From Chrysochromulina tobinii (Eukaryota): 58,385 bases of DNA. Below the pieces are notes generated by a model that saw only the letters and a list, made by a program, of their open reading frames with translations, was not told the origin of the DNA and made no database searches. This document shows positions 35,360-45,827 of this stretch, one piece after another. Numbering within the stretch: position 1 is the first letter of the stretch; the number at the start of each line of letters is the position of its first letter. The translations under genes and the position numbers were made by a program. The stretch covers positions 1 through 58,385 of the forward strand of contig JWZX01003227.1 of assembly GCA_001275005.1 (NCBI GenBank), read 5' to 3'.

Positions 35360-37450
35360 TTATTTCCGCCTTTTCACGCTGCCCACGCGCCGCTGCTTCG
35401 TTAGGGTGCCATCGTCGGCCATGGCCGCGAGCTCGCGCTTCGGCGGCGCGAGTTTGGCCGCGTCGAGCATCTCGACGAGCAGCTCGTGGAAGACGCTGTG
35501 CTCACGGATGCTCACGCCGAGGGAGCTGGCGCGCCGGTGGCGCTCGGGGGGCACCTTGAGGTTGAGCGTGTAGATGGCGCAGGGCACCTCCTGCTCGAGC
35601 GCGTCCTTCGCCATGAGCATCTCCTCATCGCGGGGCATGCCCACTCCATACGAGAGTAGGATGAGCCTGTCTCCAGTCTGGCGCGAGGCGAGGAAATCGA
35701 GCATTCCTTGGAGCTCGCCCGCGCTCTGCGCCTTGAGAATGGCGGCCGCCCCCGTCGCCTCGCCTAGCCTCTCGGCTCGTGCCAGCCCATCGGGAGCCTC
35801 CGCCCATTGATCTAACGGCTCGTCGGCTTCCACAGCGGCTTCCACAGCCTCCGGTCCCTCGAGCGCCTCGCCCTCTGGTAGCGCCGCCTCGCGGGCCGCC
35901 TTGCCCATCGGCTCATCCAGCTCGATGCGGCTGTCAAGGAAGGCCTCGACGGACTGCCGGTAGCTTGCGAGCGCGAGGGCCTCTTCTCGTGGCCATGCCC
36001 GCAGCAAGTCGCCTACTTCGAACCTGCCCACGCCAGCGCTCTTGGCGTCATCCCAGCCGACGAGCAGTCGCACCGGCTGGCCCGCAGTGGCGCTGCGCAC
36101 CTCGCACACGCCGCCGGTCGGTCCGGGGCCGCCATCACCGCGCTCCACCAGGCCGATCTGCCGCACGCGACCGCTCGCCGAGCCGCACACAAAGTGCTGT
36201 GCGTGCCGCAGCGTGCCATGGCGCACTATGACGAGGAGTGTGGTGCCTTTACCCGGCGCGCGGCGACTCTCAAGTACGAGGGCGACCGCCTCGTCCTCTG
36301 GCGGCACGGCGCGCCACACGGGCACAGCGCGTGGGCACAGAGCACCGCTGCTTGAACGGCCACCGTCGCTGCGCGCCGCCTCCGTCGTCATCGTCGCCGC
36401 CACACCACCACCTCCACCTCCTCCACCACCACCACCACCCCCGTGCCCTGCCGCCATCGCAGAGGCTGCGGGCACCGCGCTCGCACGGCCGTCGAGGGCG
36501 AGCAGCCGGCAGCGCAGCGCACTCACAAGCGCGTCAAGCCCCCAGCCACGTGGCGCACACAGCAGGGCCGGAGGCGCGGCCGCTCTCGTCGCTAGAAGGC
36601 GTGCGGCGTGCCGGTCCGTGCCTACGCGCCGCAGCTCGGTGGCCCAGAGCCGTCGAAGGGCCGCGCGCAGCGCCACGACGCGGCGCGAGGTCAGCGCCTC
36701 TGATCGGCATTCGCCCGCCGTGTCTGCCTTTGTGAGCGCGAAGAGCACTGGTTGCCCGCGCGCGGCGCAACGGCGGAGGACCTCGCGCGTCTGCCGCTGG
36801 ATGCCCGCGTCGACCGCCACGAGCACGAGCGCCAGGTCGGCGCCGTCCGCGACCACGGTGCGCATGCCCTCGAAGACCTGATGCCCAGGCGTGTCGACAA
36901 AGGCAAGCGTGTGCAACGAGGGAGAAGAAGAAGCGCCGTCCTCAGAGGATGGGAGCCTCAGGAGCGACGGGCGCACACACTGCGTGATGCCACCAGCCTC
37001 TCGTGCCGCAGCATTCGATCCCAGCAGCGCATCGAGCAGCGTTGTCTTGCCGTGGTCCACGTGCGCCAGCACCGCCACGACGCCTGTGCCACTGGACCGA
37101 GGCGGCGGAGGGCGCGGCGGCGGCAGCGGCTCGGGATCAGCAATGCGCACGGCAAGGCCATACTCAGCGGCCAGCGCGAGCGATGTAGCGAGCGGCACAA
37201 AACATCCCGACAGAGCGCGTGAGCGGTAGGTGCCAGGCTTTAGCGCAAAGCCCGGAGGTAGCAGCGGCAGCAGTGAAGCGCTGCTGGTCTCCTCGCCACT
37301 GTGGTGCAATGCAAAGAGTCCGCGGAGCTTCTTCCATCCGACACGCCGAGCGAGTGCGCTCTCGCTCACTCTCGGCTGACCAAGCGCGCGCAGAAGCTCC
37401 TTGGGCCGCATGAACGGCCGCAGGACCACCTCTATCTTGGCGCTTCGCAT
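35360..37450 (-). CDS. Divergent translation initiation factor IF2-like GTPase
   Basis: HVDHGKTTLLD, EAGGITQ, FVDTPGH, G4 motif TKAD, beta-barrel domain II and a C1-like end (HSVFHELL). Confidence 0.75.
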   Translation of the reverse strand: MRSAKIEVVLRPFMRPKELLRALGQPRVSESALARRVGWKKLRGLFALHHSGEETSSASLLPLLPPGFALKPGTYRSRALSGCFVPLATSLALAAEYGLAVRIADPEPLPPPRPPPPRSSGTGVVAVLAHVDHGKTTLLDALLGSNAAAREAGGITQCVRPSLLRLPSSEDGASSSPSLHTLAFVDTPGHQVFEGMRTVVADGADLALVLVAVDAGIQRQTREVLRRCAARGQPVLFALTKADTAGECRSEALTSRRVVALRAALRRLWATELRRVGTDRHAARLLATRAAAPPALLCAPRGWGLDALVSALRCRLLALDGRASAVPAASAMAAGHGGGGGGGGGGGGGVAATMTTEAARSDGGRSSSGALCPRAVPVWRAVPPEDEAVALVLESRRAPGKGTTLLVIVRHGTLRHAQHFVCGSASGRVRQIGLVERGDGGPGPTGGVCEVRSATAGQPVRLLVGWDDAKSAGVGRFEVGDLLRAWPREEALALASYRQSVEAFLDSRIELDEPMGKAAREAALPEGEALEGPEAVEAAVEADEPLDQWAEAPDGLARAERLGEATGAAAILKAQSAGELQGMLDFLASRQTGDRLILLSYGVGMPRDEEMLMAKDALEQEVPCAIYTLNLKVPPERHRRASSLGVSIREHSVFHELLVEMLDAAKLAPPKRELAAMADDGTLTKQRRVGSVKRRK

Positions 37451-37534
37451 TGGTCCAGGGTGTCGAAATTAATCATGGGCTGTGAACAGCTGTGTGAACA
37501 ACATGAAAAAGGAGCCCGCTTTGCGCGCACAATA

Positions 37535-38938
37535 CTATCCGTCGGACTCCTCGTCATCTTCGTCATCTTCGGCTAGTCGGAAGCGGTTGTCGGCTGCGGC
37601 GTGCTCAGCGCTGCGCGGCTCGAACCCCGGTCGTGTCAGCAGAGTAACAGCGCCTGGCGCTGCCGAGGGTGGCAACGCGTCGTCGTCGCCCAGCCGCGCG
37701 CCAGCTGAAGCATCTGCAGGGTCCGTGGCTGCCATCCCGTCACCGCTGCCGTCACCGCTGCCGTCCACGAGCACTGCTCGCTGCTCGTCCTCGTCGTCCT
37801 CGCGCAGGATCGGGTACACGCGGTAGTCGAGGCGCCGCGCCTCGCCCTCGGCCGTGTAGTGGCTGTGGAAATGGCAGCGCTGGCACAGGTAGCAGGGGCT
37901 CGCGTCGGCGAACACGTCGCCGTGGACCGCCCACACGGCGGGCGCGCGCAGGCAGACGACGCACTGCATGGGAACCTCCTTTCGGCGGAAGATGATGCAC
38001 GGCACCGCGGCGAGTTGTCGAGCGACCGCCGAGGAGGAGGAGGCGAGCCAGCAAGCCACGAAGACGAGGGCGTGCTCGCAGTCGCCGTGGTGCACGAACA
38101 GATACTGGCGGCCCAGACGGATAGTCAGGGAACCCAGCGTAGTTGCGTCCATGGGGCGGGGCGGTGGTGGTGCGCGCCCGTGCGCCGCGAGCCACGGGCG
38201 CACATGCATGCTCAAGTCCTCATTGCCTGACGTGTACCAGCTGCCCTCGATGCAAAAGGCGGCGGAATTCGACGGCGGCCGCAGCGCGGCGGCGGCCGCC
38301 GCGTCACGCTTGGCGAGCTCGTGATGCTGCCGCGCCAGTTGAACGCCCGTCAAGCAGCCGCCAAGAGCTGACGAGAGATCGCTGAGCGTATGACCGGAAT
38401 GCACTTCGACTGTTCGCACGTGGATGTGCTGCCGGTAGAAGGCCACGCGCAGCAGCACCGTGCCTTCGGGCAGCGCCGCCTGCTCACCAGCGCCAGTTGC
38501 TGCTGCCGAAGACGCCGGTGCCGCTGCGGCCAGCGTGGTTGCCGCACACATCGGGGCAACAGGCTGTTGAAAACAGCTTGTTGCCCCGACGCTGTTGGTG
38601 CGGCCCTGATGGCGCCTGCGCTTGGCGCGCGGCGCGTTGTCGCCCGCGGCTGCGGCGGACGTTTCTGCGCGCATGCTTCGCAGAGGGTGTTCGCCGTCTG
38701 AGGACGACAGCCCGCTAAACCTCTGCTGGCGCAGCTCGCTGAAATCGAATGGAACGGAGGCGCTCAGGAGTGCATTGTCGACAGGCAGGGCCTTGTACGT
38801 GGTGCGCTGGCTGTGTGCACGGCCGAAGCTGGAGACCTGGAACGGTTCCGACTCGCTGTACTGATCCTCAAGCTCTGAGGCCACCAGGCCGACGCTAGGG
38901 CGGTGCGTCACGGGTAGGCTGGAAGGGCGACTTGCCAT
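37535..38938 (-). CDS. SNAPC3: snRNA-activating protein complex subunit 3 (SNAP50)
   Basis: AFCIEGSWY, IRLGRQYLFVHHGDCEH, CVVC...SPCYLCQRCHFHSHY zinc finger. Confidence 0.88.
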   Translation of the reverse strand: MASRPSSLPVTHRPSVGLVASELEDQYSESEPFQVSSFGRAHSQRTTYKALPVDNALLSASVPFDFSELRQQRFSGLSSSDGEHPLRSMRAETSAAAAGDNAPRAKRRRHQGRTNSVGATSCFQQPVAPMCAATTLAAAAPASSAAATGAGEQAALPEGTVLLRVAFYRQHIHVRTVEVHSGHTLSDLSSALGGCLTGVQLARQHHELAKRDAAAAAALRPPSNSAAFCIEGSWYTSGNEDLSMHVRPWLAAHGRAPPPPRPMDATTLGSLTIRLGRQYLFVHHGDCEHALVFVACWLASSSSAVARQLAAVPCIIFRRKEVPMQCVVCLRAPAVWAVHGDVFADASPCYLCQRCHFHSHYTAEGEARRLDYRVYPILREDDEDEQRAVLVDGSGDGSGDGMAATDPADASAGARLGDDDALPPSAAPGAVTLLTRPGFEPRSAEHAAADNRFRLAEDDEDDEESDG

Positions 38939-39112
38939 TTCACGCGTGTGAAAAGCCTCTCACGTTTACATGAACGAGAGAACCCTTTTTTTCAACGTCA
39001 AGCCTGGTCATCGCACACTGTGCTCCTGTGGAGCCTCGATGGAGCGACCTGTTAATTTCCGGGAAGTCATGCTCCTCCAGCCAACGCTGGCTCCACGGGT
39101 CGCCGCGCTTTC

Positions 39113-39910
39113 ATGCCGAGCAGTAGGCACTCCAAGCGCTTCTTGCTCCTTCTTCTTGGCAGCGTGAGCGCCTTTAGTGCAGTGCCGCGAGTCGTGCATC
39201 GGTCTGCAGGTCTCATTCCAACGCTGCCGGCGCGTGCACCACCCGCCACGATGCTGTCGGGTTCCGCGCTCCTCGTCGCCCAACGGGTGTGCCCGGCGCT
39301 CGGCTTCGTGCTCTCGAGCGCACTGTACTGTGCGCCCGTGCCCACGCTAAGAGAGGCCATCAAGCAGGGCTCGCTGGGCGCGTTCAATCCGCTGCCATCG
39401 GCTCTCATGGTGACTGCCACGACAGCGTGGCTCGGATACGGACTGTCGGTGCGCGACCCGTGGATCGCGCTGACCAACGCGCCGGGCGCTTTGGTGGCGC
39501 TTGCGCAACTCGTCGTCATCTTGCCGCTCATGAAGCCGGGTAAGCAGTTGCAGCAGTTCCAGGCGACGGTCCTCGGTGGCGCTGCGTTCACCATTGCGCT
39601 CTGGGGCAAGCTGATCTTTGGCGGTGCAAGCGCGGCCGCGCGCTCAAAGGCGCTCGGCTTGTATGCGACAATCATCTGCATCGCACTCTTCGCCTCGCCG
39701 CTCGCGACGATTGCGAGCGTCGTGCGCGAGAAGAACTCGGAGTCCATCCTCGCGTCTCTGACGGCGGCGCAAGTGGCCAACTGCGTGCTCTGGACCACGT
39801 ACGGCGTGCTGGCCGCGCGCGACCCCTTTGTGTGGGGTCCGAATGGCGTGGGCCTGGTGCTCGGGCTCATCCAGCTCGCGCTCAAAGTGTGCTTTCCCGC
39901 GAAGAAGTAG
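39113..39910 (+). CDS. SWEET (MtN3/saliva) sugar transporter with a bipartite plastid-type leader
   Basis: APVPT, FNPLP, WLGYG, FASPL, WTTYG, PNGVGLVLGLIQL; leader FLLLLLGSVSAF. Confidence 0.88.
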   Translation: MPSSRHSKRFLLLLLGSVSAFSAVPRVVHRSAGLIPTLPARAPPATMLSGSALLVAQRVCPALGFVLSSALYCAPVPTLREAIKQGSLGAFNPLPSALMVTATTAWLGYGLSVRDPWIALTNAPGALVALAQLVVILPLMKPGKQLQQFQATVLGGAAFTIALWGKLIFGGASAAARSKALGLYATIICIALFASPLATIASVVREKNSESILASLTAAQVANCVLWTTYGVLAARDPFVWGPNGVGLVLGLIQLALKVCFPAKK

Positions 39911-40369
39911 GCGTGGGGCACATCGACAGAGGGATGCGGGAGATTTGCGGGAGATTCGTCACACAGCTGAGGATGCAGGTGATGATGCGGCCACCGTGCT
40001 GTACTTTGTATTCGTCTCACGAGATCGACTCGTCTCAGAGGGAGCTGGCTCAACTGCGCTCGCGCTGTCTTGGATGCGTCATGTGAGTAGGGGGGGAGGC
40101 AGCAGGGGGGGGAGGGTCTGATCGTCTGAATCCCAGGCGCTTGAAAAAAGCATCGACGCCTATCGCGATTATTTATCGTTTTTGTGTGGGCAGAAGTGCC
40201 AAGTGGCACTAGACGAGACGGTTAGGGGCAGCGGTTTTTAACCGGCGGTTCGCGAGCAGCCGAGCTAACAGCTATCTCCGGGACCACGCTCGCCACTACT
40301 GGCTCTCTGGCTGTAGCCGGCTGTACACTGGGGCCTGGGGCCCCTGAGCCTGACCTTGGCTGGAGCCAC

Positions 40370-41818
40370 TTACGAGTGGGATGTTGCTGCGGGGGCTCCG
40401 CTCGCCGCCGCGAGCAGCTCCTTCCAGCGGCCAGCAGCTTCCGGCACGAGCCAGTCCCACGTCTGCTCCACCGCATGCGAGGCCTTAGGCGAGGCCGCAT
40501 TCTGCTTCTGGACTGCCCACACCATGGCCTCGAGCATGCGCTGCTTGCCACCGTCGTGCGTGAATCGGCCGTCAGAGTAGGCGCGCCACACCGTGGAAAG
40601 CACCTCGGGGAGCGGTGCCACCTCGGTAATGTGCCACAGACCCGGCGATGCCGAGGGCAGCATGCCTTCCGTGAGGACGTACCGAGGCGAGTTGCTCCCG
40701 CCCTTTGGCGCGCCGTGCTGCTTGCCGACGATCACGAGGCACGTCGGCCAGTACGCGAGGAGCATGTCACCCTGCTGCCGCGCGACGACCACATTGCCCT
40801 TCTTGTCAAAATACTTGTCGCGCTTCCGACCCTTGGGCTTGGCTCCGCCTTCGGCGGTGCGGCAGGCGGAGCGGGGGTCACTGGGCGCCGCCAGGGCTTC
40901 GGTTGCCGCCTCGCTGCTGGGGCACGGCATCGTCGAGTGGTGCGAGTGCGCCGACCACGTGCCCGCGGCCGCGCTCGCGATCGCGCCGCCGCTGGCTTCG
41001 CTGGCCATCAGCTCGGCCACGGTCTGGAAGCCTTCGAAGCCTGCGGGCAGCGGGCGCTTCGCGCCGGTGACGGGCGTGGGGGCCACACCTGCGGGCGCGC
41101 AGCGAAACTGCGGGCGCACGAATGGGATGTGTTTATCCTGTGGGGCAACGAGACTCGACGCAGCCAAAGGGCGGTGAGTAAAGACCAAAGTCAGCAGTGG
41201 GCCCTCGCTGCCCCTGCCACGCCGCTCGACGCATACCTGGCGCATGAGCTCCTTCATGCGCGAGATGCACTCCCCATCGGGTAGGTGCGCCGGGGCAAAG
41301 GGGCGCAGCACGGCCACGGGCAGCCACCTGCCGCCCCCCTCGAGCGGCTCGGCCTCGAGGCACCGCACCGGCGCGGTGAGGAGCTCGGGTGAGTGCCGCG
41401 TGCTGACGCTCTCGCCGTACAGCTTGAAGCGGATGTCACGCTTGCCGAGCACGGCCTCGTCGAGCGCCCCGACGACGTAGACCTGGAGCAGCTCGATGTA
41501 GTTGGCCGCGTTCGAGTGCGGCAGGAACTTTTTGAGCTGCCCCATCGCGGCATTGACGTGCGGAAAGAAAGCGCCCACCTGGCTGCCGTCCGGCGACTGC
41601 AGCACCGTGATGTTCTCGAGCGTCCAAAATTCGACCTTGTCGACGCGCAGCTTGATCACGGGCGCGCCCGTTGGCGCGAGCACCGACAAGTGCAGCCGCG
41701 AAGCGTCCGCGCCGCCGCCGGTCGCGACGCCGCACGTCGCCCGCACCATCGTTCGCCGGTACAGAGCGCGCGAGGTGGACGTCCATCGCTGCTCGTTCAC
41801 GTGAACGTCTAAAAACAT
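40370..41818 (-). CDS. Hypothetical protein
   Basis: Long ORF with coding-like codon pattern and no recognised motif; start uncertain (41818 or 41749). Confidence 0.6.
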   Translation of the reverse strand: MFLDVHVNEQRWTSTSRALYRRTMVRATCGVATGGGADASRLHLSVLAPTGAPVIKLRVDKVEFWTLENITVLQSPDGSQVGAFFPHVNAAMGQLKKFLPHSNAANYIELLQVYVVGALDEAVLGKRDIRFKLYGESVSTRHSPELLTAPVRCLEAEPLEGGGRWLPVAVLRPFAPAHLPDGECISRMKELMRQVCVERRGRGSEGPLLTLVFTHRPLAASSLVAPQDKHIPFVRPQFRCAPAGVAPTPVTGAKRPLPAGFEGFQTVAELMASEASGGAIASAAAGTWSAHSHHSTMPCPSSEAATEALAAPSDPRSACRTAEGGAKPKGRKRDKYFDKKGNVVVARQQGDMLLAYWPTCLVIVGKQHGAPKGGSNSPRYVLTEGMLPSASPGLWHITEVAPLPEVLSTVWRAYSDGRFTHDGGKQRMLEAMVWAVQKQNAASPKASHAVEQTWDWLVPEAAGRWKELLAAASGAPAATSHS

Positions 41819-42153
41819 CACACCCGTGTACCACCCCCGTGCGTTCGGGCGGACCGGACCGGGTCGAACGGGTGCCCTTAACGGCTAATATGTAAACATG
41901 CCCACACAAGAAATCTACATGTACTGTAACAATTGAATAGTCCACGAGAGCGGTACACAGATTTCGTGTTGATCGGGGGCAGCGGACCCGTCCGTGTGGT
42001 GAGGCGGAAGACCTACAGACATGCTCTAGTTCTCGCTATTTTTGGTGCTTTTTTACTCGCGTGCGTCGTGTTCCCAAGAGGACCAAGAGGCGACCATCCG
42101 TCCCACGAGGTGGCGCCAACTTCTGCGCAGTGGCGCCCGGCTTCTCCGCGATC

Positions 42154-44564
42154 ATGAAACCTCGCCGCCTCATCACCTGGCTCGGTTCGGAGCACGACAT
42201 CAGCTCCGACGCGGACATCCAGCTCGTGACCGGTATTCCCAAGCAGCATGCTGTGACGCTGGACCACAAAGATGGCGGCGGCAGACTGACATTTGTCTTT
42301 GACATTCGGTCGCTGACTCCAGGCTCGACTGCGCCACCGCTGCCACACATTCCGCCGCTGCCACAGCCGGATGAGCCGCCGCCGGCCGACTCGTCAACCA
42401 GCGTCCTGCGTGCTCGCGCCGACATGCTACGCAGGCGCGGATTGGATCATCTCCAGGGCGTGAGGCGCAGCGTGCGCGAGCAGCACGCGTCGCTGCGCGC
42501 GCTCGACGCCGCATTGCAATCGCTGCGCTGCGCGAGCGCGCACGGCGCGCCCACCGAGGCGCTCAGCGACGAGTGGCGCGGCGTCGTGCAGGCTGTTGCG
42601 GGCGAGCGGGCGGCCTCCGAGGGGCTGCCGCTGCAGAGCTCGCCCGAGGCGGGGCAGCAGCTGCTGCTCGCGAGCGAGGCGATCAGCCATCAGCAGGTGG
42701 CGCGCCAGCAGACAGCGTGCGCGCTCGAAGCCGACCTGAGCGACGACCTCGGCGCACAGCTCGCCACGATGGAGGCGAATGAGGCGCAGCTGCACGAGCT
42801 GCATGCAACAGTGATCGCGTCGCAGGCGATGCTGCGCCAACACATCCACCAGCGGCTGCAGCGCATCACGCAGTTGCAACACCACATGGCCGCGCTCTAC
42901 AGCCGTGCAGCCGCCGCCGCCGCCGCTGCTGCCGCCGCCGCCGCTGTCGCTCAGTCTCTCTCACTCCATGAGCCAGCGGCATCGTCGAAGCAGCCGACAT
43001 CGAAGCCGCAGCCGCCTTCGACACCGCCACCGCCGTCGACGCCAACGGCGCCCACCCCCCCGGCGGTGCCGGCCGCTCGCGCGCCTCCCACGCCGGCCGA
43101 CGCGCCGCGCTCGGCCAGTGGCACTGCTCACGGCACTGCCACTGGCGTGCCCTCGGTCGAGGGCGTTTCGTCAAAAGGAGACGGGCTCGAGAGCGTTTCG
43201 TCAGAAGGAGACGGGCTCGAGAGCCGCGCAATGGAAGATTTGGGCGACGGCGTGCTGATTCCGCGGATGATCGCGCGCCTGACGACGGCGGAGCGCACGC
43301 CTACGCTCGAGCTGCGGCCCGGGCTCAGCAGCATAGGCGAGTACGCCGTCGAGCGCTGCATCGGCACCGGATCCTTTGCTCAGGTGTACCTGCTACGGCG
43401 TCTCTCGAGTGCGGCGGTTCGTCAAAAGGCGAGCGGGGCGGGCGTGCAGCCGCCGCAGGCGCCGAGCAGCCTGGCCCCGGCTGGCCTGACGACAACAGCG
43501 ACGCTCCTCGCGCTCAAGGCCATCGATCGGCGGAATCTGACGCCCAAGACGGCGTCGCTCCTCGCCTCGGAGGTGCGCATCTTGCATGCAATCTCTCACC
43601 CGAACATCGTGCAGTTGCATGCGGTGGCCGCCTCGGCGCGCCACGTGTTTCTGTGGATGGACGCGGCGCACACGGACCTTGCCGCGCTCATCCGCGCGCG
43701 CACCGCCGGGGCCGGCGCGCGCGCGCCGCCCGACGAGCTCGAGGCCACCGCACTCCTTCGCCAGCTCGTCGACGGCCTATGCTACCTGCGGGTACGCAAG
43801 CTGCTCCATCGCGACATCAAGCCGCAGAACTTGCTCCTCTTCTTCCCGGACGCCCACGAGGACGCGTACGAGGGCGCTCTCGCGGGCGCGGGCGCTGTCG
43901 TGGGCGGCGCCAGCCCTCATCCCGTGGCCGACGGCTCTGCTCGCGCGGCGCGCTTACGGATCGCCGACTTTGGCCTCGCGCGTGCCCTCGATGGCGCGTC
44001 CATGGCCCGTACCGTCTGCGGCTCGCCCCTGTACATGGCGCCCGAGGCGCTGCGCGGGCAGCCCTACGGCGCCGCCGCGGAGGTCTGGTCCGTGGGCGTG
44101 TGTCTCTTCGAGATGCTCTCCGGGCGGGTGCCTTACAGCGGCGCGACAGTGCCCGAGCTATTGGCCGCCATCGATGCGGCGCCACGTGGCCAGCCGCCCG
44201 CCGTGCCGGGCGTGTCTGCCGCCGCGACGAAGCTGCTCATCGCAGCGCTTCAGCCTGTGCCCGAGGCGCGCATCAGCATCGAACAGATGGCGACGCATGC
44301 ATTCCTCTGTTCGACGCATGCATGCCTTGACGATGCATGCGTCGCCCTCGACGGTGCCGGTGCAGCGCCCGGTGCAGCGCCCATCCGCGCGGCGGCAGCA
44401 CCAGCTATGTCGCCGGCGCTGCCCCCAGTGACCGCGAGAGCCGCAGTGCAGGCTGAGGCCACCCAGGCTGAGGCCACCCAGGCTGAGGCCACGTCGAAGT
44501 GTACCACAGGTTCCACACGCTCCCTCGATGCTGGTGGGCTCAATGCTGGTGGCGGGCCCGTTCT

Positions 44565-44606
<42 letters not shown>

Positions 44607-45827
44607 CGCCTTGGGTGAGACGGCGAATGGCTTCATGACGGTCGGGCCGCCTTCGACCCTCGCGGCCGGGAGCAGCTTCCTCCTCGAGTGGGCTCTGACC
44701 AGCCAGCCGGAGACGGCCGTGCTCGAGACGGCCGTGCGTGCCCTCACCGCCGAGGTGCGCCATCTCGAGCTCGAGCTCACGCGCCGTCTCGAGCACGAGC
44801 AGCAGCGGGCGGCGGTTACGGCGGAGGCGGCGGTTACGGCGGTTACAGCGGTTACGAGATCGGAGCCCGAGGGCGCTCACGAGGGCGCTCAGAGCGCTGC
44901 CGAGGGCGCTCACGAGGGCGCTCAGAGCGCTGCCAGGCAGCGGCTGCTCGCCGCCCTCCAGCGGCTCGTTAGGATGCTCCCCTCCGCTGCGAACGCCTCC
45001 GCCCCCTCCCCCAACGGCGGCGCTGTCGTGGGCGTGGACGCTATCGTGGGCGTGGACGCTGTCGTGGGCGGCGCGAACGCCTCCGCCCCCTCCCCCAATG
45101 GCGGCGCGGCCGCCGAGGCCGCGCCCGCTCCTGCCGCCGCCAGCGCCTCGAGAGAGAGACGCGAGGAAGCGTTGGTGGCCGAGGCGCTCGAGGGCGCGCT
45201 TCGGGCCCAAAAGATCTTCCGCGACAAGGTGGAGGAGTGCCGTCGGCTGCGCGCGTCCATGCGGCGCTCTCCGGTGGTGACGAACCCCGCGCGCTCGAGC
45301 GATCGCTCGGGGTTAGTCACCACCGGATTCCGCTTCGACGACCGTGTGGCCTTCGTGCGCCGCGCCAGCGTCCCCCGGGGGAGTGCCCCCGGGGGGAGTG
45401 TGGCCGCTGTGGGCGCCGGGTTGGGCGCTCCCGGGCAGCTCGTGGCGGCGGGCGGCAAGGCAGCGGCGCCCCATTCAGTGCCATTGTATGTTGCATTGCG
45501 TGAAGGTGCCGCTGGACCTCTCCCTCCTTTCTCTGGTGGGCGTCTCTCTGCATGCAGGTGCTCACCACGGCGCCCTCGCCTCTCCCCACAGGTGACGCAG
45601 GGCCTCCCTACTTTCTCTCGAGGGCGTCTGAGGAGAGCCTGTGCCGCGCGATGCACTGTACGCATGCGAGCCTGCCGCCCGTCGCCATCGGCAAGGTGGT
45701 GCACGTCGAGAAGCTGCACGCATCCCCCGAGAACGCGGCGGCTCTTGGCTTGCGCCCTGGCGCGCCCTTCAACGTCATCACGGCCGAGATGCACACCGAC
45801 CTCGCGCCCGAAGTGACGGGAAGGTGA
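42154..45827 (+). CDS. ATG11/FIP200-like scaffold with an embedded ATG1/ULK kinase domain; exons 42154-45505 and 45592-45827
   Basis: Kinase motifs IGTGSFAQV, ALKAI, HRDIKPQNLLL, IADFGLAR, TVCGSPLYMAPE; Claw-like C-terminus after splicing; N-terminal helical region resembling ATG17/ATG11. Confidence 0.8.
45506..45591 (+). other. 86-nt GT-AG intron with the palindromic motif (alternative in-phase donor at 45536)
   Basis: GAAG|GTGCCG...CCCCACAG|GTGACG; splicing shifts into the frame of ORF 45552-45827. Confidence 0.8.

Noticed and set aside
45592..45816. C-terminus of the unspliced 1251-aa ORF
   Set aside because: Arg/Ser/Pro-rich read-through of an intron; the spliced frame gives a recognisable Claw-like domain.
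11024..45827. Functional clustering (ATG18 with ATG1/11; TTLL1 with BBS10; NFRKB, ENY2, TAF2, SNAPC3)
   Set aside because: Interleaved with unrelated genes; chance proximity is plausible in a compact genome.
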